Positions 8,576-17,522 of a stretch of 51,938 nucleotides of DNA are shown here, piece by piece (position 1 is the stretch's first letter; each line of letters begins with the position of its first letter). The DNA is from a virus (lineage: Duplodnaviria; Caudoviricetes), in the IMG/VR virus record IMGVR_UViG_3300026320_000008, positions 1-51,938 of that record. One strand, 5' to 3'. The notes under the pieces were generated by a model. That model was not told where the DNA came from. It searched no databases and saw only the letters and a program-made list of their open reading frames with translations. Both the position numbers and the translations under genes were made by a program.

Positions 8576-8745
8576 ATTTAACTGCTCCCAACGGTAGTAA
8601 AATAACCGTAGACGAAAAGAAGATCTTAGAGTTCGGTCCCCATATCGCTGGTGGATCATTTATAAAAGTAGGTAGCCAACGATATTTGGTGAAGGAGTCT
8701 GTTGAAGATATATTAAATGACCGGAAAAACGCTAGAACTACATAA
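8572..8745 (+). CDS. 57-aa protein, possibly FlbD-like
   Basis: Read manually: MNLTAPNGSKITV...YLVKESVEDIL; ATGA overlap with the previous gene. Confidence 0.5.
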   Translation: MNLTAPNGSKITVDEKKILEFGPHIAGGSFIKVGSQRYLVKESVEDILNDRKNARTT

Positions 8746-10579
8746 TGTCCTTACACCGGATATGCTTGCTACTCGAATCACTGAAAGGTGGATCGAATGG
8801 GATACACTCCGTAATGTCAAGAAAATCGATTGGGAAGAGATCCGTCGCTACGTCTATGCGACAGATACGACACAAACAACGAATGCGCAGCTCCCGTGGA
8901 AGAATAAGACGACTGTCCCGAAACTTTGCCAGATAAGAGATAATCTCTTCAGCAATTATACAGCTACAAGCTTTCCCAAGCGTAAGTGGCTCATATGGGA
9001 AGCAGACGAAAAAGACTCAAATTCAGTACAAAAGCGTGATGCAATCACCAACTATATGAGTTGGGCGATCAATCAGAAGGCTTTCAAAACAGAAATATAT
9101 AAAATCATCTTAGACTATATCGACTTCGGAAATTGCTTTGCGACTGTTGAATGGATTGACAATAGAGTGGCTCAATTAGGAAAAACTCAAGCAGGCTACG
9201 TAGGCCCAGCTATTAGACGTATTAGCCCACTAGACATTGTAATGAATCCCACGGCAGAGAACTTCGAGTCTTCTCCTAAGATGATCCGTTCAATCATATC
9301 TCTGGGTGAACTTAGAGATTATCTACAAAGAATGTCCACCGATGAGAATCGCGTGGCAATGGAACAATTATATGAATACTTACGTAACATACGATTCCAC
9401 GCTAGAACGTTTCAGGGTGACTGGCAACAGCGCGATCGTCTATACTCCATGGACGGTTTCACATCGTTTAGAGCCTACCTCCTCTCCGATTTTGTGGAAG
9501 TTCTCACTTTCTACGGAGACTGGTACGACGTCATAAACGATCACTTCGAAAAGAATCGAGTGATCACTGTCGTCGATAGACACAAGCTCATTGAAAATAG
9601 ACCTAACGCTTCTTATTTCGCGAAGCCTCCAATATACCATGTTCCTTGGAGAAAGAAACAAGAAAATCTCTGGGGCATGGGTCCCTTAGACAATCTAATC
9701 GGTATGCAATATCGGATGGATCATGTCGAAAACATGAAAGCAGACGTATTTGACCTTGTCACTTACCCAGTACAGAAGATTAAAGGTTTCGTCGAAGAGT
9801 ATATTTGGAGACCAGGCGAGAAGATCTTCACAGGTGAGGAAGGCGATGTGGAGATGGTCGTTCCGGACGTCCAGGCTCTCAACGCTAATATGGAAGTACA
9901 AAATCTGGAACGCCTTATGGAAGAAATGGCAGGTGCGCCAAGGGAGGCCATGGGCTTTAGGACTCCTGGAGAGAAAACCAAGTACGAAGTACAGCGACTT
10001 GAGAATGCAGCTGCACGACTCTTTCAAAATAAAATCTCACAATTTGAAGAGGAAATGATTGAGCCTCTCTTGAACGCCATGTTGGAATTGGCAAGGCGCA
10101 ATATGACCGGCGTAAATGCCATACGCATATTTGACGACCAACTCAAGATCGCTACATTCCAAGAATTAACGGTTGAGGACATCACAGGAATTGGCCGTAT
10201 TAAACCCGTAGCCGCTCGTCATTTCGCTGAGCAAGCAGAATTAGTTCAGAATCTCACAAGTCTGACAGGATCCAACCTATGGCCTACAGTGCAACCGCAC
10301 TTCTCAGGCGTACGTATGGCACAGGTTCTTGAACAGGTTTTTGACATCGCTGACTATCAGATTGTTATGCCCAACGTGGCAATTGCAGAACAATTCGATG
10401 CTCAGAAGTTCTCTCATGCTCTTGAAGAACAAATGCATCAATCCACTATGACCGCTAGTGGTCAAGGAAGTGATTTTGATTTGAATGGACCAGATACCAA
10501 ACCGGAACACACTCCGATGAATCTTCAGAGACAACCACCCGCTAACGCGACCCCGTCGGGAACATTAGGAACAACGTGA
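8717..10579 (+). CDS. Portal (head-tail connector) protein
   Basis: 620 aa between terL and scaffold; PWKNKTT, RISPLDIV, GEKTKYEV motifs of podovirus portals. Confidence 0.9.
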   Translation: MTGKTLELHNVLTPDMLATRITERWIEWDTLRNVKKIDWEEIRRYVYATDTTQTTNAQLPWKNKTTVPKLCQIRDNLFSNYTATSFPKRKWLIWEADEKDSNSVQKRDAITNYMSWAINQKAFKTEIYKIILDYIDFGNCFATVEWIDNRVAQLGKTQAGYVGPAIRRISPLDIVMNPTAENFESSPKMIRSIISLGELRDYLQRMSTDENRVAMEQLYEYLRNIRFHARTFQGDWQQRDRLYSMDGFTSFRAYLLSDFVEVLTFYGDWYDVINDHFEKNRVITVVDRHKLIENRPNASYFAKPPIYHVPWRKKQENLWGMGPLDNLIGMQYRMDHVENMKADVFDLVTYPVQKIKGFVEEYIWRPGEKIFTGEEGDVEMVVPDVQALNANMEVQNLERLMEEMAGAPREAMGFRTPGEKTKYEVQRLENAAARLFQNKISQFEEEMIEPLLNAMLELARRNMTGVNAIRIFDDQLKIATFQELTVEDITGIGRIKPVAARHFAEQAELVQNLTSLTGSNLWPTVQPHFSGVRMAQVLEQVFDIADYQIVMPNVAIAEQFDAQKFSHALEEQMHQSTMTASGQGSDFDLNGPDTKPEHTPMNLQRQPPANATPSGTLGTT

Positions 10580-10709
10580 AAACCGAAGCATTAACAATAC
10601 AAAAGAAACTAATAAGCAATGAAGCATTAAACTATGAAGATCGAACCTTTTTGATCGGGTTTATATACTTCGCATTAGAACTCCAAGAGTTTATTAAAGA
10701 AAGGAAACT

Positions 10710-11483
10710 ATGACCGATAGTTTATTGGGACAGACAGAGTACCCAGACAGAGACTTTCACGCCGAGCTAGTTGGCGATGGAAAGAAGTTTAAAGACGATA
10801 AAGAACTAGCAAAAGGAAAATGGTACGCAGACGAGATGCTCAAAACAAATAACGCGAAAATGGACCAAATGCGCGAAGAGCTCCTCCGACTGCAAGAAGA
10901 AAACACAGCTAGTAAAAAGTTGAATGAAATGCTCGACCAATGGCAGAATCGTTCACAGTTACCTCCTGAAACACAAACCCTTATTCAGGACAAGTCTCCT
11001 AGTTTAGATACAAATCAAATTAAGAGTTTATTTGACAATTTTGCTCAAGAACGAGAACAAACTCGCAAGCAAACTGATAATCTTAATTATGTCAAAAATA
11101 AACTCACAGAACAGTATGGGCGTGATTATAACACAGCTCTAACTCAGCAAATGACTGATCTCGGAATTTCAGAAACATATCTCAACGATATGGCTAAAAC
11201 CTCTCCTAAAGCTCTTTTGAAGATGCTTGGTGTTGATGAAGCTCCTAAAGTCACAGATCCCTTCAGGGCTCCTCCACGGAACGCTATGAATCAAAGTCAG
11301 TACAAACCTCCTCAAGAGGAACGTACTTGGTCTTGGTATCAGAAACTCAAAGAAGAGAATCCCAAGAAGTGGGCTTCGCGAGAAACAAATGTTCAAATGC
11401 ACAATGATGCCATCCGTCTAGGAGAGCGATTTAATGATGGCGACTTCGATAGATACGAAAGAGATTTTCGTATCACTTATTAA
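10710..11483 (+). CDS. Capsid scaffolding protein
   Basis: Charged helical 257 aa protein between portal and MCP. Confidence 0.75.
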   Translation: MTDSLLGQTEYPDRDFHAELVGDGKKFKDDKELAKGKWYADEMLKTNNAKMDQMREELLRLQEENTASKKLNEMLDQWQNRSQLPPETQTLIQDKSPSLDTNQIKSLFDNFAQEREQTRKQTDNLNYVKNKLTEQYGRDYNTALTQQMTDLGISETYLNDMAKTSPKALLKMLGVDEAPKVTDPFRAPPRNAMNQSQYKPPQEERTWSWYQKLKEENPKKWASRETNVQMHNDAIRLGERFNDGDFDRYERDFRITY

Positions 11484-11496
11484 GGAGACTTAGATT

Positions 11497-12468
11497 ATGG
11501 CTGGTTTTATGGACCAGAATACTCAGTTTCTTTTGAGGACTCAGCTGTGGTCACGCCACATTAAAGAGCTGCTCCTCGATGAACTGAATGCCATGAAATG
11601 GGTCCGACTGATTCAAGATTTTCCAGATGGCGTGTTGATTAACATCCCGTCCATCGGCGAAGCTGAAACTGCTGACTTCACAGAAGGTCAGGCAATTAAG
11701 TACAATGCAATGGCAACTGGTAACTTCACGTTCCAGTTTGACAACTACAAGTACTCAGCCAATGCTATCAGTGAGAAGTTCAAGAGGGACAGTTTCTATG
11801 CAGCCGATGTTATCGCTGCGTTCGTTCCTCGTCAACATCGCGCTCTTATGGAAGCTGTTGAAACAAATATCCTGTCAAAGGGTAATGCGGCTCAAACATC
11901 AGGCAATCCAAATATTATCAATCTTGCCGATCATCGGTGGGTTGGTACCGGCGCAGGAAGCGCGATCTCTTATCCTGACTTCGCACGAGCACATTATGCA
12001 CTCACAAAGGCTAATGTTCCTCTGGTGAATCTGGTTGCGATCGTTGATCCTTCCGTTGCCTATACAATACAAACACAGGCTAATCTTGTTAATCTGTTGT
12101 CACCAATGCCCATGTGGGAAAACGTCATTAAGGATGGCGCTGTTACGGGATTCAAGTTCAGGTTCAACCTGTTTGGGTTCGACATTTACGTGTCCAACTA
12201 TCTTCCGTCAGTCGGTTCTGAAACGATTACTTCAGGTGGTGTTGCAGGCGCAGTGACCACAGGTGTGGCTAATTACTTCTTCTCTGCAGCTCCCGGTGAC
12301 ACACTACCGTGGGTTGGAGCCTTTAGGCAACTGCCTACTGTCTACTCTGAGTTCAATAAAGACTTGCAGCAAGAAGAGTATCTGACCATTGCGGAATGGG
12401 GCTTTAAGCTCTACCGTCCTGAGAACTTTGTTACTATCCTCACAAACACCTCAGCGGTGCCTAGCTAA
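11497..12468 (+). CDS. Major capsid protein
   Basis: Strong TAAGGAG RBS; 323 aa; FPDG..INIPSIG and C-terminal WGFKLYRPEN. Confidence 0.9.
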   Translation: MAGFMDQNTQFLLRTQLWSRHIKELLLDELNAMKWVRLIQDFPDGVLINIPSIGEAETADFTEGQAIKYNAMATGNFTFQFDNYKYSANAISEKFKRDSFYAADVIAAFVPRQHRALMEAVETNILSKGNAAQTSGNPNIINLADHRWVGTGAGSAISYPDFARAHYALTKANVPLVNLVAIVDPSVAYTIQTQANLVNLLSPMPMWENVIKDGAVTGFKFRFNLFGFDIYVSNYLPSVGSETITSGGVAGAVTTGVANYFFSAAPGDTLPWVGAFRQLPTVYSEFNKDLQQEEYLTIAEWGFKLYRPENFVTILTNTSAVPS

Positions 12469-12483
12469 TAGAAAGGATATTAC

Positions 12484-13182
12484 ATGGTCGCAGGTTTTTG
12501 GTATAATCAAGATGGACTGCCTCTGCAGTATGGTACGCAGAAGGCAATCCCAGAACTCGGTGGTGATTATCTCGTTTACGGTGAAACAAGGGAAATTGAA
12601 CAACTCATTCCTCTTGTTCCAATGGTAATCGCGGGTAACACTGTCCCAGCTCCACCCACAACGTTTACCGGCAATACTACTGTTATTGCGGCAGGTATTC
12701 AATCACTGACTAACCTCGTGCCTTTGCAGGTTAATGCAGTTAATGCTGGTGGTTCTACAATCACTCTTACAACTCCTCAGCTCTTCTTTGAAGAAGTGAC
12801 TGTTGAAGGTCTTATTACTGCCACTGGTGGTACTAGCATCGCAGTTGGTTTGGTGACAACAAGTCCCGGTACTCCGAACTCTACATTCGTTCAAGTGACT
12901 CCTAATGCAGGCAGTCAGTTGATCGGTACACTGGCCACTGCCAATATGGTGGCTGGTCAGAGGGTTTCATTCACACAGGCAGCTACTACAGGTCTCAGGT
13001 GGGACACTGCAACTGCTGTTGGAACGAGCGGTAACTGGATGGGAAATGTTCCTTTGGTAACAAATGCTCTTACACCGCTCCCACAGAGCGCTTGGATTAG
13101 CACTATCGCTACTGGTACGTTTACTAACGGGCTTATCAAGCTTAGGCTTCGTTACACCATGTATGGTGATATTAACTTCTAA
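12484..13182 (+). CDS. Putative minor capsid/decoration protein
   Basis: Follows MCP; starts WYNQDGL...YG; T/G/A-rich. Confidence 0.6.
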   Translation: MVAGFWYNQDGLPLQYGTQKAIPELGGDYLVYGETREIEQLIPLVPMVIAGNTVPAPPTTFTGNTTVIAAGIQSLTNLVPLQVNAVNAGGSTITLTTPQLFFEEVTVEGLITATGGTSIAVGLVTTSPGTPNSTFVQVTPNAGSQLIGTLATANMVAGQRVSFTQAATTGLRWDTATAVGTSGNWMGNVPLVTNALTPLPQSAWISTIATGTFTNGLIKLRLRYTMYGDINF

Positions 13183-13188
13183 TTAGTG

Positions 13189-13221
13189 ATGGGGAGCTCC
13201 GGCTTTCACCGGACTCCCCAT
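13189..13221 (+). terminator. GC-rich hairpin after the capsid genes (terminator, pause or processing site)
   Basis: ATGGGGAG-C-TCCGG / CCGGA-CTCCCCAT stem; weak U-tract. Confidence 0.5.
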
Positions 13222-13240
13222 TCTAAAGGAAAGGAAACAA

Positions 13241-13744
13241 ATGGCAATTAATACATCTCAAATCGACCTTATGGGTGGACTTGACGAAGTAGTCATGAAT
13301 CAACGCGTTAGGGGCTATGTTCCCGGTGCTGCAGCAGGTGTTTCGGCACCAGGTGCACAACAGTATGGTACTATGTGGATGCAAGGCACTGGAGTTGCAA
13401 CTAACTTCGCTGCTGCTACTACTCCTAGCACTATTACCGCAGCTATGCTCGGTGGTGGTATTATAGTTCAAACTCCAAGTGGTGCAACAGTTTGGAATTT
13501 GGACAATGCAACCAATATTCTTAACTATATGACTGCTAATTCAGCGGGTGTTCAGGTCGGAGATATTCTTGTCTGCGATGTAATTAACGCTAGTGTTGCA
13601 GCCAATGCTATTACAATTAACGTTGGAACTGGTGGTAGTTTTGATACAGGACAAACTTCTCTCGTTATGAATGCAGGTACTTCACGAACGCTATTCATTC
13701 GAATTACTAACGTGACTACGCCCACATACGTCTGCTACGGCTAA
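13241..13744 (+). CDS. Putative structural/decoration protein
   Basis: 167 aa, AAAGGA RBS, beta-rich. Confidence 0.6.
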   Translation: MAINTSQIDLMGGLDEVVMNQRVRGYVPGAAAGVSAPGAQQYGTMWMQGTGVATNFAAATTPSTITAAMLGGGIIVQTPSGATVWNLDNATNILNYMTANSAGVQVGDILVCDVINASVAANAITINVGTGGSFDTGQTSLVMNAGTSRTLFIRITNVTTPTYVCYG

Positions 13745-13760
13745 ACATAGAAAGTAGATT

Positions 13761-15290
13761 ATGGCTGAAAATATTACTCTCAATAACGTAGCTACGTTTC
13801 AAAACGATACGTCGGCAGTTAACACTGTCAACACTAATAACGCAGCTATAACTACAGCTTTTACGGATGTCTTATCTCGAAGTGGAGTGAGTCCTAATCC
13901 GATGCTCTCCACTTTGGATATGAATGGGAATCAAATTATTAACCTTCCGTTCCCCACAACTCTCAATTCTCCAGCTAGACTTGCTGATGTAACGAGTGCT
14001 CAAAATATTACAATTGTAAATGCAACTACGGGTACATCTGGACATACAGTCCCATTTTTAGACGGAGTTAATACTTGGTCTGCTGTTCAAAATCTTACAG
14101 CAGGTTTAAACAGTATTATAACAAATCCTGGTTCTTTTACTTCTAGTAATGTCTTTAATCAATTTTCTATTGGTGTCGATAATTTAGATGCAAGTGGTGT
14201 AGGAAACATTGCAACCAATTTCAATGTTTTTCATAGTTTCGGTGGATCAAGTACCAAAGGATCTCGTCAAGCTTTTACAGCAGTTGGTCAATTAACCTCG
14301 CCGACTTCAGCTACAAATACAAGTAGATTTTATGTTGGCGGTCAGTTTTTGATGCAAGCCGTTTCTAATGACGGAGGCGGAGTCGGTACTGAAAAAGGTT
14401 CAATCTTCGGTGGTAATTCAACAGCTATTATAAATGCTGCTGCCACTAATATGGCTGAACTATGTGGACATGAATTTAATACTACTGCCGTAGCAGGATC
14501 TACTGTTCTTGATAAATGGGGTTTCTCCGTTGTACAGCCATCAAATGATGCTGTTTCTGGTTCACGTAATGACGCTGCCGTACGTTTGACGAATCAAGCC
14601 GGTGCTGTAGGTTGGAACAGAGGAATTCAATTCGGAGATGGCATTAATCAATTCCCCGTTAAGAGTTCAGGAACACTTATTAAAACAGTAAGCGGTTCTG
14701 TAACTAATGGTGCTGATTTCTCAGTTACTACATTTAGTGGAAATGCTTTTGCAAGTCCTGGCTTTGCGATTAACGGAACGGGACAAATTACAACAGGTTC
14801 TTCTGGTGTCAGCAGTGGTAATGTAATTTTCAACGGAACTACTTCTGGTTTTGTTTCTGTCTTCTCAAGCGCTACTGGAAATCTCTTAACTGTTTCTCAA
14901 CCGATTCAAGTAGGTACTATAGGTTCTATAGCAGGTCAGATAAACATTGCAGGACAAACAAGTGGTTCAGCTCAGTTGAGTTGTTCCGCAACCGGTGGAA
15001 CACTATTACTTGGGAATGGAAATGTATCTATAACTACAAGTGGTAATACTGTTTCAAACGGGAATATGAAAGTAGGCGGAACTACAGCTGCAATATCTGG
15101 AGGCGATGCAAGTAATGCTTATTTCTATGGAACAGGAACTTTAGGTGTTTACTTCGGAGTAGGTGCTCCGACAATAACAGCAGCTCAAGGTTCTTTGTAT
15201 ATAAGAACAGACGGCACTACTAACGTCACTCGAGCTTATATTAACACAACTGGTTCAACGACTTGGACAGCTATTAATACGGTTGCATAA
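13761..15290 (+). CDS. Tail fibre/spike protein
   Basis: N-terminal LSRSGVSPNPM...LDMNGNQIINLP..PARLADV anchor; G/S/T-rich shaft; C-terminal GAPTITAAQGSLYIRTDG. Confidence 0.75.
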   Translation: MAENITLNNVATFQNDTSAVNTVNTNNAAITTAFTDVLSRSGVSPNPMLSTLDMNGNQIINLPFPTTLNSPARLADVTSAQNITIVNATTGTSGHTVPFLDGVNTWSAVQNLTAGLNSIITNPGSFTSSNVFNQFSIGVDNLDASGVGNIATNFNVFHSFGGSSTKGSRQAFTAVGQLTSPTSATNTSRFYVGGQFLMQAVSNDGGGVGTEKGSIFGGNSTAIINAAATNMAELCGHEFNTTAVAGSTVLDKWGFSVVQPSNDAVSGSRNDAAVRLTNQAGAVGWNRGIQFGDGINQFPVKSSGTLIKTVSGSVTNGADFSVTTFSGNAFASPGFAINGTGQITTGSSGVSSGNVIFNGTTSGFVSVFSSATGNLLTVSQPIQVGTIGSIAGQINIAGQTSGSAQLSCSATGGTLLLGNGNVSITTSGNTVSNGNMKVGGTTAAISGGDASNAYFYGTGTLGVYFGVGAPTITAAQGSLYIRTDGTTNVTRAYINTTGSTTWTAINTVA

Positions 15291-15421
15291 TGGAACAGAA
15301 AGTTAAAGCTTTACTCGGTGAATATGCATTTACAATAACCGCTCTTCAACATCAAGTTGAACAGTTACAGGAAAAAATTAAAGAATATGAAGACAAGCCT
15401 CAACGGAAGAAAACTGATTGA
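15290..15421 (+). CDS. 43-aa coiled-coil peptide (possible fibre assembly chaperone)
   Basis: Read manually: MEQKVKALLGEYAFTITALQHQVEQLQEKIKEYE; TAATG-coupled to the fibre gene. Confidence 0.5.
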   Translation: MEQKVKALLGEYAFTITALQHQVEQLQEKIKEYEDKPQRKKTD

Positions 15422-15998
15422 ATCCTTTGAGGGTTTGATCTTACAATCTTACGATGACTACAATGATCACATCGTTAATGCCGGGGACACAATTCATGGA
15501 GTACTTACTATCGGGTATGGGCATACTAGCGTTGCTGGGGCTCCTATCGTATTTGCTGGACAGACACTTAGCAAAGACGAAGCCGATCAAATACTCGGAT
15601 CGGATCTCGGACGAGTCGAAGAAGAAGTCAACAGACTAGTTCATGTACCACTCAATCAAAATCAGTATGATGCTCTTGTTTCTTTCCATTTTAATACTGG
15701 TGCTTTGGGAAAAGCTTCTGCACTTACTCTTCTTAATTCTGGGGATTACGTAGGAGCTGCTGATCATCTTCTTCAGTACAATAAAGCAGGTGGACGAGTC
15801 CTAGCAGGTCTAATACGTCGTAGGAAGGCCGAGCATGAGCTTTTCATGTCCCCCGCTACTACCCTACCTGACACCCCTAAAAAACCTACCAGTGAGCTTC
15901 CTACGAGCTCCTTGCCACTGCCAAGTGGCAGTTGGAACATAATAGTAGATTATTACTGGAATTTAATTCTCAAACTCTTTAAAAGGAAAACAAAATGA
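15387..15998 (+). CDS. Endolysin, GH24 phage lysozyme
   Basis: LIESFEG...TIGYGHT...LNQNQYDALVSF.FN.G...GLIRRRKAE; ATG at 15387. Confidence 0.9.
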   Translation: MKTSLNGRKLIESFEGLILQSYDDYNDHIVNAGDTIHGVLTIGYGHTSVAGAPIVFAGQTLSKDEADQILGSDLGRVEEEVNRLVHVPLNQNQYDALVSFHFNTGALGKASALTLLNSGDYVGAADHLLQYNKAGGRVLAGLIRRRKAEHELFMSPATTLPDTPKKPTSELPTSSLPLPSGSWNIIVDYYWNLILKLFKRKTK

Positions 15999-16222
15999 AT
16001 AGTGTAATTAACGTTCTTTCTACACTAGTTGGTCCCACTCAGCTTGGTGGCTGGATTCGTGCAGCTATTGCAGCTGCCGGTGGCTTTCTAGTGGCGCATT
16101 ATGGAATGCAGTATTGGAACGGTGATGCCGTTATTAGTGGAATCGGCGCTGCTGCTTCTGCTATAGTTGTTGGTCTATGGTCCTCGTTGGCTAAGACTGC
16201 GACTCCCGCTCCTGTAGCCTAA
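15995..16222 (+). CDS. Holin-like protein (2 TM)
   Basis: Two hydrophobic helices; immediately after the endolysin. Confidence 0.65.
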   Translation: MNSVINVLSTLVGPTQLGGWIRAAIAAAGGFLVAHYGMQYWNGDAVISGIGAAASAIVVGLWSSLAKTATPAPVA

Positions 16223-16620
16223 TGCTAAGTTTCTTAGGTCTTCTTCTTCCTGGCCTATTCCAGACAATTAACAGCATAACTAATGCTATTGCCAACGAGA
16301 AGATAGCTCTTCTTAAGGCTCAGACTGAAGAAGATAAGACGGCTGCCCAAGAGCGAATAAACACTCTTGAAGCCAAGAGAGCTGCTCTGTTGGCAGATTC
16401 TCAACATTCAAGTTTAGATATGTGGGTTAGAGCAGGCCTCGCAGTAGGCCCCTCTGCCTATATCACCAAGATCTTTCTTTGGGATAAAGTACTTCAAACT
16501 TGGACGCATGGAAGTACAGAACCAGTTTCTCCCGATCAATGGCAAGTCTTAATGGCTGTTGTTGGTTTCTATTTCATATACTCAGGTGCAACAGCAGTTG
16601 CAAGGATTTTTAAATCGTAA
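16222..16620 (+). CDS. Membrane protein, 3TM-holin-like
   Basis: Hydrophobic N-terminus, coiled coil, two C-terminal TM segments ending VVGFYF. Confidence 0.55.
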   Translation: MLSFLGLLLPGLFQTINSITNAIANEKIALLKAQTEEDKTAAQERINTLEAKRAALLADSQHSSLDMWVRAGLAVGPSAYITKIFLWDKVLQTWTHGSTEPVSPDQWQVLMAVVGFYFIYSGATAVARIFKS

Positions 16621-17522
16621 TGGCTCAACAAACTCTACTAAACATGGTTCAGAATATTCTATCTGCTATGTCCTCCGATGAGGTGAACTCAATCGGAGAC
16701 ACAGTAGAGTCTATGCAGGTAGCCCAGATTATTCAGAATAAGTATTACGATATCATGGCCAGAGGAGATCTTACATTAGATCTTCAACTGTTCCAACTTA
16801 ATCCTTCGGATAATTCATCTTTCCCCGTTTCGATGTCATTACCTACAGGTGTCAGTAGAATCGACTGGTTGAAATATTATAATACTAATCCTCTGGATAA
16901 TACTCAAAATAGTCAATTTGGATCTTTCAGTCATGATCTAAATACTGATCTAAAAACGGTGGGAAGTGGTCCTACTGTTCCTCCTGGCTACGCCTATGTT
17001 CAAATTACACCTATTGATTATTTTCTCGAGATAACAGATCGTTTAGATCTTACTCAGAATAATGTGAAGTCTTATCTATTTAAAGAAGGTGGTAATAATT
17101 TCATCTTTAAATATTTTACAGATAGACAACCAAGAATGTGTACTATTATCGGTAATCAATTTGTTGTCTTTGATTCATTCGATAAAACTCAGGATAGCAC
17201 TCTTCAAGCTTCAAAGACAGAAGCATATGGACAGATACTTCCTACGTTTCTTTTACAAGATAATTTTGTGCCTGTACTTGATGATCTTCAATTTCCTTTA
17301 CTTCTTAATGAGAGCAAATCTCTGGCTTTCTATGAACTTAAACAAATGGCTCATCAGAAGGCAGATCAAGAAATTCAAAGGCAGTGGACTGTTACTCAGA
17401 AGACCAAATCAAAATCCAACAAACCTTCTTATTTTGATCAACTTGATAACTTTGCGAGAATTCCAAGAACAGGTATGGCTAGTGGATATCCTGTGTGGAG
17501 ATGGATGCGATACGGAATGTAA
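16620..17522 (+). CDS. Tail tubular protein A (adaptor)
   Basis: TLLNMVQNILSAMSSDEVNSI.DT.E N-terminus; position before tubular B. Confidence 0.8.
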   Translation: MAQQTLLNMVQNILSAMSSDEVNSIGDTVESMQVAQIIQNKYYDIMARGDLTLDLQLFQLNPSDNSSFPVSMSLPTGVSRIDWLKYYNTNPLDNTQNSQFGSFSHDLNTDLKTVGSGPTVPPGYAYVQITPIDYFLEITDRLDLTQNNVKSYLFKEGGNNFIFKYFTDRQPRMCTIIGNQFVVFDSFDKTQDSTLQASKTEAYGQILPTFLLQDNFVPVLDDLQFPLLLNESKSLAFYELKQMAHQKADQEIQRQWTVTQKTKSKSNKPSYFDQLDNFARIPRTGMASGYPVWRWMRYGM

